Assembly (NCBI GenBank): GCA_024641725.1
Contig: JAHECM010000002.1
Span: 1-58,804 of the forward strand
Length of the DNA: 58,804 bases
From: Limnohabitans sp.
Lineage (GTDB): Bacteria > Pseudomonadota > Gammaproteobacteria > Burkholderiales > Burkholderiaceae_C
Reading direction: 5' to 3'
Shown here one piece after another: positions 29,994 through 38,236 of the stretch. Below the pieces are notes generated by a model. The model had not been told where the DNA came from. It saw only the letters and a list, made by a program, of their open reading frames with translations, and made no database searches. Made by a program: the position numbers and the translations under genes. Numbering within the stretch: the first letter of the stretch is position 1; the number at the start of each line of letters is the position of its first letter.

Positions 29994-31196
29994 TCAAAAG
30001 ACCAAACTCTTGCCAATCACTTGCCGGAAGTATTTCTCCACTTGCATCGTGATGTTGTCCCAATCCATGTCGACCACGCTGTCACGGGCGGCTTGTCTCA
30101 TGGCATGGATCGCGGCGGCAGATGGCAATGTACGTTGCGCTGCATCCAAAAACTGGGCATCGGCCTCGCCCGGCACCAGCCAACCATTTCGCCCCGTGAC
30201 CACATGCTCAGCTGCTGCAGCGCAGTCAAATGCCAACACAGGTGTACCGCAGGCCAAGGACTCTAGGGTCACATTGCCAAACGTTTCCGTCAGGCTGGGG
30301 AACACAAACAGGTCGGCTGACGCGTACAACTCGGCCAATTGCTGATGGCTGCACATGCCCGTGAAAATGGCTTCCGGGCACCTGCTCTGCAATTGGTTGC
30401 GGTAAGGACCGTCGCCGGCAAGCACCAGCCGCACATCTTTGCCTTGCGTTTTCATGGCTTCAAAAGTGGCCAGGGTCAAGTCCAAGTTTTTTTCTTTGGC
30501 CAGCCTACCGACCGAGAGCAGCACCAAAGTGTCTGGCCCAGCCGCCCAACTCGATCGCAATTCGGCACTTCGGCGCTCGGGCTTGAACAAGCGCGTATCC
30601 ACGCCGCGCCCTACCACCTGAAGATTTTGGAAGCCAGAGACGGCCAATTGCTGGCGCAACTGGTGCGTGGGTACCATGGTCAGTTGGGTGTGGTTATGGA
30701 ACTTGCGCAAATACCCCATGATGGGTTTACTCAGCCAGGCCGCACCGTAATGCTTGCTGTAACTGTGAAAGTTGGTCCTGAAATCTGACGTGGTCGGTAT
30801 TTTTAAGAATCGCGCCGCTTGCAATGCAGACCAACCCAATGGCCCTTCTGTGGCAATGTGGACCACATCGGGGCGTTGCAAGCTCCATGTACGCACCAGG
30901 CCCCTTTTGTTGGGCAAGCCCAGCTTGAGTTGAGGGTAACGCGGTATGGGCAAGCCACGCTGCAGCAACTGCTCCAAGCCCGAAGCCTGCTCGGGCAATT
31001 CGTGTTTTGTCTGTCTGGGCCTGATCAATTGCACAGAATGGTTACGAGCGCACAAGCCCTGCACCAGCCGCGACAGTGTCAAGGCCACACCATTGACTTC
31101 GGGTGGCCAAGTCTCTGTCACCACAGCCAACCTGAGTGGTTGCAACTGCGGTAAGAAACTTTCCATCACAAAGCGGTCTTCAACTTGGGCATCCAT
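29994..31196 (-). CDS. GT4 glycosyltransferase (Agt/SQD2-like glycolipid synthase)
   Basis: TETWPPEVNGV, HIATEGPLG, VGRLAKEKN, FPSLTETFG. Confidence 0.85.
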   Translation of the reverse strand: MDAQVEDRFVMESFLPQLQPLRLAVVTETWPPEVNGVALTLSRLVQGLCARNHSVQLIRPRQTKHELPEQASGLEQLLQRGLPIPRYPQLKLGLPNKRGLVRTWSLQRPDVVHIATEGPLGWSALQAARFLKIPTTSDFRTNFHSYSKHYGAAWLSKPIMGYLRKFHNHTQLTMVPTHQLRQQLAVSGFQNLQVVGRGVDTRLFKPERRSAELRSSWAAGPDTLVLLSVGRLAKEKNLDLTLATFEAMKTQGKDVRLVLAGDGPYRNQLQSRCPEAIFTGMCSHQQLAELYASADLFVFPSLTETFGNVTLESLACGTPVLAFDCAAAAEHVVTGRNGWLVPGEADAQFLDAAQRTLPSAAAIHAMRQAARDSVVDMDWDNITMQVEKYFRQVIGKSLVF

Positions 31197-31254
31197 GTGC
31201 TCATCATCCTGTGTGAAGCAATGCGCCATGAAACCACACCAACAAGTCGATGGC

Positions 31255-31312
31255 ATGGCATTTTGATGACATTTTGGTTTGTCATTTTTCTTTCATCACA
31301 AACAGCCAAGAT
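31255..31312. promoter_or_regulatory. Back-to-back Pho boxes for GT4 (-) and the Mpo1-like gene (+)
   Basis: Minus ATGTCAT-caaa-ATGCCAT (31255-31272); plus TTGTCAT-tttt-CTTTCAT (31279-31296), 10 bp, CAAGAT. Confidence 0.7.
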
Positions 31313-31342
31313 CTGCATGTTTGCAACTCTACAGGTACCAAC

Positions 31343-31957
31343 GTGAAAGATTTTTTAGAAGCTCTCCGTGTCCAGCGCTGGGACGATCACCGCTATTACC
31401 ACCACTGCCGCATCAACCAATCTCTGCACCTTCTCAGCGCCATTTCGTTCGTGGCGTCCTATGCGTTGTTGTTCATTGATCCGGCCTGGGCCGCTTTGCT
31501 GGCCTGGATGGTATCAATGACTTCACGCCAATCTGGCCATTTCTTTTTTGAGCCTTTGGGCTACGACGAAGTCAACCAGGCTTCCAATGACTACAAAGAA
31601 GAAATCAAAGTGGGCTACAACCTCAGACGCAAAGTCGTGTTGTTGAGCATTTGGGCGGTCTTGCCTTTGGCCATCTACATGAATCCGGGCTTGTTTGGAT
31701 TAATGCCCGAGCACGATGGCTGGGTGAGCTATCTGCACAATGTTGGCTCCGCCTGGCTTTACTTGGGCGTGGGTGCGTTGCTCTTTCGCGGCTTACACCT
31801 GTTCATGCTCAAGGGGGTTCAAACGGGTCTGGTGTGGATGACCAAGATCGTGACCGACCCTTTCCACGACATTTACCTTTACCACAAGGCCCCTTTCCAA
31901 CTGCTTCGTGGCGAGCGCTTTGAAAAGCGCCATCCCTCACATCAGCTGCAGGCCTGA
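31343..31957 (+). CDS. Mpo1/DUF962-like histidine-motif membrane protein
   Basis: WDDHRYYHH..NQSLH, RQSGHFFFEP, DPFHD; several TM segments; GTG start at 31343. Confidence 0.65.
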   Translation: MKDFLEALRVQRWDDHRYYHHCRINQSLHLLSAISFVASYALLFIDPAWAALLAWMVSMTSRQSGHFFFEPLGYDEVNQASNDYKEEIKVGYNLRRKVVLLSIWAVLPLAIYMNPGLFGLMPEHDGWVSYLHNVGSAWLYLGVGALLFRGLHLFMLKGVQTGLVWMTKIVTDPFHDIYLYHKAPFQLLRGERFEKRHPSHQLQA

Positions 31958-31985
31958 TGCATTCGTCTGCGCCAAAGTGCCATGC

Positions 31986-32012
31986 AAAGGGCCCCGAGAC
32001 GGGGCCCTTTTT
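31986..32012. terminator. Bidirectional intrinsic terminator
   Basis: AAAGGGCCCCG-aga-CGGGGCCCTTTTT between convergent genes. Confidence 0.85.
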
Positions 32013-32016
32013 GCGA

Positions 32017-33651
32017 TCAAACCATACCCAGTGTTTCTTTCAAGATGCGGCGGCGAATGGCCTTGTTGGTCAGGACACCATCGTGCCACCACCAGCCATC
32101 GTGGCGCATCTGTTCGGCCGCCAACACGCAGCGCGCCAGCACGGCCTCAAAGTCAGCATCGCTGTAGTTGAGGCTGAAAATCAAACGCCCTGTGCCCACC
32201 CAGCTGAGGGCCAAACCATGCAAGCGCAGGTAGTACTGCAACATCCAGTTATAGCGGCTAGGCGTGGTGTAACTCAGCGTCCAGACACTGCTCATGTTGG
32301 CCGCACGCACTGGCAAGTTGTGTTCACCCATGACTGCGTTAAAGCGCTCACGGCGTGCATTCCAGCGCTCGTCCAGGTTTTCATACAGGGCCAGCGTTTC
32401 GGGTTTGTCCAATGCATCCAAAAACGCCGCCATAGAAGCCATCACCACGGGGTGCGCATTGAACGTACCTCGGGCAAAACAGATGTCTGCGGGTCGGTCA
32501 TCTCGCCAACGGCGCATCCACGAGGCGCGGCCGCACACCACACCAACTGGAAAGCCGCCGCCCAAGGTTTTTCCATAAGTCACAAGGTCCGCTTGCACAC
32601 CAAAATAGGCCTGAGCGCCACCGGGCGCCAGACGAAAACCCAGAAACACTTCATCAAAAATCAAGGCAATGCCTTTTTGAGTGCACACCTCACGCAGCGC
32701 CTTGAGCCAGCGGACGTAGGCCTCACGGTCATAAGCCGCGCTGCGGCTGCTGTCCAGCAAGGTCGAGTCACCTGGCGCATTTTTGTTCGGATGCAAAGCC
32801 TGCAGCGGATTGATCAGCACGCAGGCAATGTCATCGCGGCCACGCAGCACATCAAGACTGCCCTCGCTCATGTCGGCCAGGGTGTAGGTCTCCCTCGGGG
32901 GCATGGGATTGCCTGGACCGGGCTGAACGTCTTCCCACCAGCCGTGATAAGCACCGCAGAATCGAACCAGGTATTTTTTGCGGGTGTGGTAGCGTGCCAC
33001 GCGCACGGCTTGCATCACGGCCTCGGTACCCGACATGTGGAAGGACACTTCGTCCATGCCAGAAAGTGCGCACAACCGCGCCGCATTGCTGGCCACACAA
33101 GGGTGGTAAGCCCCCAGCGCCGGGCCCAAGGCCACCGCCTGCGACAAGCCCTGGGTCATGGTGCGTTTGTAAAAGTCTGCCCCCATGACGTTGACACCGT
33201 AAGAGCCCGTCAGGTCATAGAATTTTTGACCATCCAGGTCGGTGATCTGCACACCGTCAAACGACTGAACAAAAGCGCCCACCTTCAGGTGTTCGCGCAC
33301 GATGGCGCTGAACTGGAACGGCACACGGTAAGCCGCAGTGAACTGCAAGTCCGATATGTGCTCGCGCGCTTGCTGTGTGATGCTCAAGGTGTTGGCATGG
33401 CGCTCGCGCAACTGCTGCGCCACGCCATAAAAAGCTTTCTTGCGCTGTTGGGCCAGCGCTTCGGGTGCGCCATCGCACGAGAAAAACCGCTCCTCATCGA
33501 ACCGGTAGGCCGGCAACAACCGCGCAAGCCCCTTGGCCATTTTCGAGTGGCCCGCCAACGAACGGTGTTTAGCACGCGAAAGCTGCAAACGTCGATAAAT
33601 GCGGGGGCTCAACGCCGCCAGCAAACCCAAACCAATCCAGGTAGTTTCCAA
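32017..33651 (-). CDS. Class III PLP aminotransferase (HemL-like fold) with N-terminal hydrophobic extension
   Basis: SGTEAVM, GAYHGW, IFDEVFLGFR, ADLVTYGKTLGGG, GTFNAHP; 544 aa, about 100 aa longer than HemL. Confidence 0.85.
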   Translation of the reverse strand: METTWIGLGLLAALSPRIYRRLQLSRAKHRSLAGHSKMAKGLARLLPAYRFDEERFFSCDGAPEALAQQRKKAFYGVAQQLRERHANTLSITQQAREHISDLQFTAAYRVPFQFSAIVREHLKVGAFVQSFDGVQITDLDGQKFYDLTGSYGVNVMGADFYKRTMTQGLSQAVALGPALGAYHPCVASNAARLCALSGMDEVSFHMSGTEAVMQAVRVARYHTRKKYLVRFCGAYHGWWEDVQPGPGNPMPPRETYTLADMSEGSLDVLRGRDDIACVLINPLQALHPNKNAPGDSTLLDSSRSAAYDREAYVRWLKALREVCTQKGIALIFDEVFLGFRLAPGGAQAYFGVQADLVTYGKTLGGGFPVGVVCGRASWMRRWRDDRPADICFARGTFNAHPVVMASMAAFLDALDKPETLALYENLDERWNARRERFNAVMGEHNLPVRAANMSSVWTLSYTTPSRYNWMLQYYLRLHGLALSWVGTGRLIFSLNYSDADFEAVLARCVLAAEQMRHDGWWWHDGVLTNKAIRRRILKETLGMV

Positions 33652-33690
33652 AAGATGCTCCTTGGCAATCCATCAATGACCTCCCTTTGT

Positions 33691-33719
33691 ATGAACCTCT
33701 GGTGACAACTTCATGAACA
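33691..33719 (-). promoter_or_regulatory. Three-repeat Pho box for the aminotransferase, overlapping the psd ATG
   Basis: Minus strand TGTTCAT-gaag-TTGTCAC-caga-GGTTCAT. Confidence 0.65.
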
Positions 33720-34609
33720 TTCGAAAAACCTTGCAACGCTGTCTGCAAAATGAAGACATCAACTTCTTGTTGACCAACCGCATCCCGCGCATCGCCCTGA
33801 CAAGGTTCATGGGCTGGTGGAGCGGTTTGCGTCACCCTTGGGTGGTTCGCCCATCTTTGGCGGTGTGGCGCCTGTTCAGTGATTTGGACCTGTCAGAAGC
33901 CAAACAAACCAAATTTTCCAGCTTGCAAGAATGCTTCACCCGCGAACTGCGCCCTGGCCTGCGCCCCATCGATGCGAGATCGGATGTAATCACTTCGCCA
34001 TGTGACGGCATCGTCGGGGCCATGGGATTGATTGAGCAGGGCACGGTTTTTCAGGCCAAGGGATTTCCCTACAGCCTGCGCAGCTTATTGGGGAACTCAC
34101 CGCACAGCCAGCCTTGGCTCAAGACACTAGAGGGTGGTCACTTCATCACTCTGCGCCTGACATCCAGCATGTACCACCGCTTCCATTCGCCCAGCGACGC
34201 CACACTCACACACGCGACCTACATCAGCGGCGACACATGGAACGTCAACCCTATTGCACTCAAACGGGTTGAACAACTTTTTTGCAAGAACGAACGTGCC
34301 ATCTTGCACATGCGCCAAGACAAAAACGATCTCCCTTACCTGATCGTGCCAGTGGCCGCTGTTCTGGTGGCCAGCATGCGTTTGCACGCGGCCGATGTGT
34401 TGTTTCATTTGCGCTACCGTGGCCCCAACGAGATCGCCTGCCAGGCCCAGTACGGCAAGGGGGATGAAATGGGCTGGTTCCAGCATGGCTCAACCATTTT
34501 GGTGTTTTTTCCCCCAGGTGTTACTCCTGTTGAAGGTCTTCAAACGGGCAAGCAAATCCAGATGGGGCAGGCCTTGGTGAGGCATTCAAGCGTCACACAA
34601 TTGACATGA
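33713..34609 (+). CDS. Phosphatidylserine decarboxylase-family proenzyme (HGST variant)
   Basis: FTRELR.G.RP, SPCDG, YHRFHSP, KNER, GWFQHGST. Confidence 0.85.
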   Translation: MNIRKTLQRCLQNEDINFLLTNRIPRIALTRFMGWWSGLRHPWVVRPSLAVWRLFSDLDLSEAKQTKFSSLQECFTRELRPGLRPIDARSDVITSPCDGIVGAMGLIEQGTVFQAKGFPYSLRSLLGNSPHSQPWLKTLEGGHFITLRLTSSMYHRFHSPSDATLTHATYISGDTWNVNPIALKRVEQLFCKNERAILHMRQDKNDLPYLIVPVAAVLVASMRLHAADVLFHLRYRGPNEIACQAQYGKGDEMGWFQHGSTILVFFPPGVTPVEGLQTGKQIQMGQALVRHSSVTQLT

Positions 34610-34623
34610 ATTCAAGGCAATCT
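34590..34623 (+). promoter_or_regulatory. Pho box and -10 for ppk2
   Basis: GCGTCAC-acaa-TTGACAT, 10 bp, CAATCT, then ATG at 34630. Confidence 0.6.
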
Positions 34624-34629
34624 TCGGCA

Positions 34630-35538
34630 ATGGCTGATCCAACTGAACTGTCCCCCCAATTTTTGACACAACTGCGCGAAGACTTGCTCGACACGCTTGA
34701 CGAAGAGTTCGAGCTCGAGATGGAAGACCGCTTAGGCGAAGACGCTGCGCGGCCGAGCCAAAGCAGCTCCAGTCGGATGCAATATTTTCGAGAACTGCTC
34801 AGACTCCAGTCTGAGCTGGTCAAATTGCAAGACTGGGTGGTGCACAGCAAGCACCGCATGGTGATTTTGTTTGAGGGGCGCGATGCAGCTGGTAAAGGTG
34901 GCGTCATCAAACGAATCACCCAAAGGCTGAACCCACGGGTGTGCCGGGTTGCCGCATTGCCAGCGCCAAATGACCGTGAAAAAACCCAGTGGTATTTTCA
35001 GCGCTATGTTTCACACCTGCCCGCCGCTGGAGAGATCGTCTTGTTCGATCGCAGTTGGTACAACCGTGCAGGCGTTGAACACGTGATGGGTTTTTGTTCA
35101 GACGATGAATACGAAGAGTTTTTCAGATCGGTCCCTGAGTTTGAAAAAATGTTGGTGCGCAGTGGCATCCAGTTGGTCAAATACTGGTTCTCCATCACCG
35201 ATGATGAGCAACACGCACGATTTGTGGGTCGCATCCAAGATCCACTCAAGCAGTGGAAACTCAGTCCCATGGACCTTGAAAGCCGCCGTCGCTGGGAAAA
35301 CTACACCGTGGCCAAGGAAACCATGCTGGAGCGAACCCACATCCCCGAAGCACCTTGGTCCATTGTGCAGGCTGTAGATAAGAAACGTGCTCGATTGAAC
35401 TGCATTGACCATCTGCTGTCCCTGGTGCCTTATCACGAAGTGCCGCACTCCGAGGTTCAATTGCCAGCACGAGTTCGCAATCCCGACTACATCAGACACC
35501 CAGCCCCGCCAGAAATGTTTGTGCCAGAAAAATATTGA
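34630..35538 (+). CDS. ppk2: Polyphosphate kinase 2
   Basis: FEGRDAAGKGG, QWYFQRY, FDRSWYNR, WKLSPMD; start could be 34606. Confidence 0.96.
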   Translation: MADPTELSPQFLTQLREDLLDTLDEEFELEMEDRLGEDAARPSQSSSSRMQYFRELLRLQSELVKLQDWVVHSKHRMVILFEGRDAAGKGGVIKRITQRLNPRVCRVAALPAPNDREKTQWYFQRYVSHLPAAGEIVLFDRSWYNRAGVEHVMGFCSDDEYEEFFRSVPEFEKMLVRSGIQLVKYWFSITDDEQHARFVGRIQDPLKQWKLSPMDLESRRRWENYTVAKETMLERTHIPEAPWSIVQAVDKKRARLNCIDHLLSLVPYHEVPHSEVQLPARVRNPDYIRHPAPPEMFVPEKY

Positions 35539-35561
35539 GCTTTCGCTGATGTGTTTTTGTT

Positions 35562-35595
35562 TTGTCATTGATTTGACAAATTCACGTCACATAAT
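35562..35595 (+). promoter_or_regulatory. Pho box and -10 for ppx
   Basis: TTGTCAT-tgat-TTGACAA, 10 bp, CATAAT. Confidence 0.75.
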
Positions 35596-35624
35596 TCGGG
35601 TTTGCAGTTCAAACCGTCACTCGC

Positions 35625-37106
35625 ATGCAAGCCAAAAATCTTTTCGCCGCCGTGGATCTGGGCTCCAACAGCTTCCGGCTCGAAATCGGTCAACTCGACG
35701 CGGGTCATTTGCGACGGGTCGAATACCTGAAAGAAACGGTTCGCCAAGGCAACGGGCTGGACGCCGACCGCAACTTGAGCGACGAAGCGATGCAGCGCGG
35801 CTGGGACTGCCTGGCCCGCTTTGGCGAACGCATGGCTGGATTTCGTCCCAGCCAGGTGCGTGCAGTGGCCACCCAAACCATGCGCGAAGCGCGCAATCGC
35901 GATGTTTTTTTGGCCAAAGCCAAAAACATTTTGGGCTTCCCGATCGAGGTGATTGCGGGTCGCGAAGAAGCCCGGCTGATCTACCTGGGGGTGTCGCACT
36001 TGCTGCCGCAGTCGGACGAGCGGCGTCTGGTGGTGGACATTGGCGGGCGCTCGACCGAGTTGATCTTGGGGCAGCAACTGCTTGCCCACACCTTGGAGTC
36101 CTACCGCGTGGGCAGCGTGGCTTGGTCCATGCGTTATTTTCCGAATGGTCAGTGGACCGCTTCGGCCTTTCAAGCCGCTGAGATCGCCGCCAAAGCCATC
36201 TTGGACGAATCCCTGAGCCTCTACCCCCGCAGCAGCTGGGACAAAGCTTACGGATCATCGGGCACCATTGGCGCGGTCAGCGACGTGCTACACGCTGCAG
36301 GTTGGCCTGCCGAGGTGATCACGCGCGAGGGCTTGGACTGGCTGATGGAAAAATTGCTCAAAGCCCAGCGCCCCGATCAGCTCAAGCTGGAAGGCATCCG
36401 TGACGACCGCCGCCCTGTGATTGCCGGCGGTCTGTCGGTGCTTCGGGCCGTTTTTGACTTGCTGCAGATCGACGAGATGACAGCCGCCCAAGGCGCGCTC
36501 CGACACGGCGCGCTGTTTGACTTGCAAGACCGAGAAAGCCCCGCCGCCGATGTGCGAGCACAAATGATCGGATGGCTCACGCAGCGCTTTGGTGTCGACA
36601 CGGCACAGTCCGAACGCGTGGCCCGAACAGCCCAAGCATTGCTCACTCCTTTGCTGGGCAAGGCCAATGCGGATCGGCATTTGCGCAAATTGCGCTGGGC
36701 AGCCCAACTGCACGAAATTGGCATGCGGATTTCGCACAGCGACTACCACAAGCATGGCGCTTACATCCTTGAAAACACCGATCTGCCCGGCTTCACGCTG
36801 GACGAGTTGCACCGCTTGGGCTTGCTGGTCTTGGGGCATCGGGGCAAGCTGCGCAAGCTCGACACCCAATTGGCAGACCGCTTGTTTGTCTTGCAGCTGA
36901 TGTCGCTTCGCTTGGCGGTGATCCTTTGCCACGCGCGGCGCGACCCGGAGATTTCTGGGTTTCAGCTGGACTGGGACGACAAGCGCAAAACCGTGCGACT
37001 CAAATGGCCTGCTGACTGGCCCAAGCAATGGCCCCAATCGGCGCATTTGCTGCGCGAAGAAACCCAAGCCTGGCAAAAGACCGACTGGGTGCTGGCTTTG
37101 GCTTGA
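35625..37106 (+). CDS. ppx: Exopolyphosphatase (Ppx/GppA)
   Basis: DLGSNSF, G.EEARLIY.G, DIGGRSTE, GALRHG, LHEIG, YHKHGAY. Confidence 0.95.
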   Translation: MQAKNLFAAVDLGSNSFRLEIGQLDAGHLRRVEYLKETVRQGNGLDADRNLSDEAMQRGWDCLARFGERMAGFRPSQVRAVATQTMREARNRDVFLAKAKNILGFPIEVIAGREEARLIYLGVSHLLPQSDERRLVVDIGGRSTELILGQQLLAHTLESYRVGSVAWSMRYFPNGQWTASAFQAAEIAAKAILDESLSLYPRSSWDKAYGSSGTIGAVSDVLHAAGWPAEVITREGLDWLMEKLLKAQRPDQLKLEGIRDDRRPVIAGGLSVLRAVFDLLQIDEMTAAQGALRHGALFDLQDRESPAADVRAQMIGWLTQRFGVDTAQSERVARTAQALLTPLLGKANADRHLRKLRWAAQLHEIGMRISHSDYHKHGAYILENTDLPGFTLDELHRLGLLVLGHRGKLRKLDTQLADRLFVLQLMSLRLAVILCHARRDPEISGFQLDWDDKRKTVRLKWPADWPKQWPQSAHLLREETQAWQKTDWVLALA

Positions 37107-37170
37107 TTCGCCACTGTCGCCCAGCGCCTGCTCACCCAAGCGTGGCGCAAAGCATTGACCAACTTTGATG

Positions 37171-37197
37171 AATCGGTATAAACTGTATACACCGATT
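37171..37197. promoter_or_regulatory. Inverted repeat, putative operator
   Basis: AATCGGT-ATA-aactg-TATac-ACCGATT, 17 bp upstream of the ATG at 37215. Confidence 0.5.
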
Positions 37198-37214
37198 AAC
37201 TCAAGGAAACCTCA

Positions 37215-37748
37215 ATGACTGCCATTGCCACGCCAACACCCGTCACCGAAACCGCTGCCGCCCCAGCCACCAAGGTGGTTAAAAAAACTGTAACAGCCAA
37301 GAAGACCAGCCCTGCCAAAAAAGCCAGCGCAGCCAAGAAGGCCAGCCCCGCCAAAAAAGCCAGCGTAGCCAAGAAGGCCAGCCCCGCCAAAAAAGCCAGC
37401 GCAGCCAAGAAGACCAGGCCCGCCCAAAAAGCCAGCACGGTGAAAGCGGTCAAGACGGCCAGTGCAGCACCCGCCTCGGGCAAACCCAACGCCAAAGCGC
37501 AGGCCCCTCAGGATGCGGGCAAAGACAAAAAGTTGAAAGTCATTCGGGACAGCTTCACCATTCCGAAAAATGAATTCACGCAAATTGGGGACATGAAAAA
37601 ACGTGCCATGGCCCTGGGCCTGGATGTCAAGAAAAGCGAATTGATCCGCTCGGGCTTGATGGCTTTGTCGGGCATGACGGACACCAGCTTCAAAAAGGCC
37701 TTGGCCAATGTACCCACCCTCAAAACGGGCCGCCCCGGCAAAAACTGA
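37215..37748 (+). CDS. Histone H1-like Lys/Ala-rich protein with conserved-looking C-terminal domain
   Basis: AKKASP/AKKASA repeats, then IRDSFTIPK...VKKSELIRSG...LKTGRP; RBS AAGGA. Confidence 0.8.
   Translation: MTAIATPTPVTETAAAPATKVVKKTVTAKKTSPAKKASAAKKASPAKKASVAKKASPAKKASAAKKTRPAQKASTVKAVKTASAAPASGKPNAKAQAPQDAGKDKKLKVIRDSFTIPKNEFTQIGDMKKRAMALGLDVKKSELIRSGLMALSGMTDTSFKKALANVPTLKTGRPGKN
37296..37439 (+). repeat. Coding tandem repeat, 8 x 18 bp with 36-bp higher-order period
   Basis: Alternating gccaagaag(a/g)ccag(c/g)cc(c/t) and gcc(a/c)aaaaagccagc(gca/gta/acg) units. Confidence 0.92.
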
Positions 37749-37751
37749 GAC

Positions 37752-38222
37752 TCAGAGTCTCTCGGGGGTGGTCACCGTCAAAATGACCGTTTGGTCCAGC
37801 CCTTCGCGCTGACGCCCCCGCAGCCACCAGACGGCCCCTTTGCGAATGGGGCAAGACTGCGCCCCCATGCCCAGCAGTTGCGCTGCGACTTCACCCAGTG
37901 AGGGCTGGTGCCCTACCAGCAGCACCGGAAATTTGGCATCGGGCCATTGGGCTGTTTCCAAGATGTCTTGCACACTGGCCCCCGGCGACAGCGCATCACG
38001 GACCTTGTATTTGCGCTCCAGGGCCTTCACGGTCTGCACCGCCCGAACGGCAGGGCTGCACAAAATGCGGGTGCCTTCGGGCAGCTGGCGGTCCAGCCAC
38101 TGAGCCATGCGGGCCGCGTGTTTCTCGCCCCGGGCGGTCAAGGGGCGCAGCAAATCGCCCTCTTGGGCATCGGGCCCTTCCAAGTCGAGGGCTTCGGCGT
38201 GTCGCCACAAGATGAGGTCCAT
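37752..38222 (-). CDS. sixA: SixA-family phosphohistidine phosphatase
   Basis: LILWRHAEA, RPLT.RG, SPAVRA.QT, LVGHQP. Confidence 0.88.
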   Translation of the reverse strand: MDLILWRHAEALDLEGPDAQEGDLLRPLTARGEKHAARMAQWLDRQLPEGTRILCSPAVRAVQTVKALERKYKVRDALSPGASVQDILETAQWPDAKFPVLLVGHQPSLGEVAAQLLGMGAQSCPIRKGAVWWLRGRQREGLDQTVILTVTTPERL

Positions 38223-38236
38223 TTGAGGCTCCTGAA

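Noticed and set aside
32017-33651. Calling the aminotransferase hemL
   Set aside because: Extra N-terminal anchor, no HemL N-terminal PGGVNSP motif, and a lipid/Pho gene context
11124-34612. Exact 13-bp inverted match (AATTCATGTCAAT at 11124-11136 and its complement at 34600-34612) as possible island ends
   Set aside because: Both copies are Pho-box cores; no recombinase or target-site duplication seen
37183-37198. CTGTATAC as a LexA box
   Set aside because: Lacks the closing CAG of CTG-N10-CAG
37296-37439. 36-bp periodicity resembling a CRISPR repeat
   Set aside because: No unique spacers, in frame within a CDS, and no cas genes in the window
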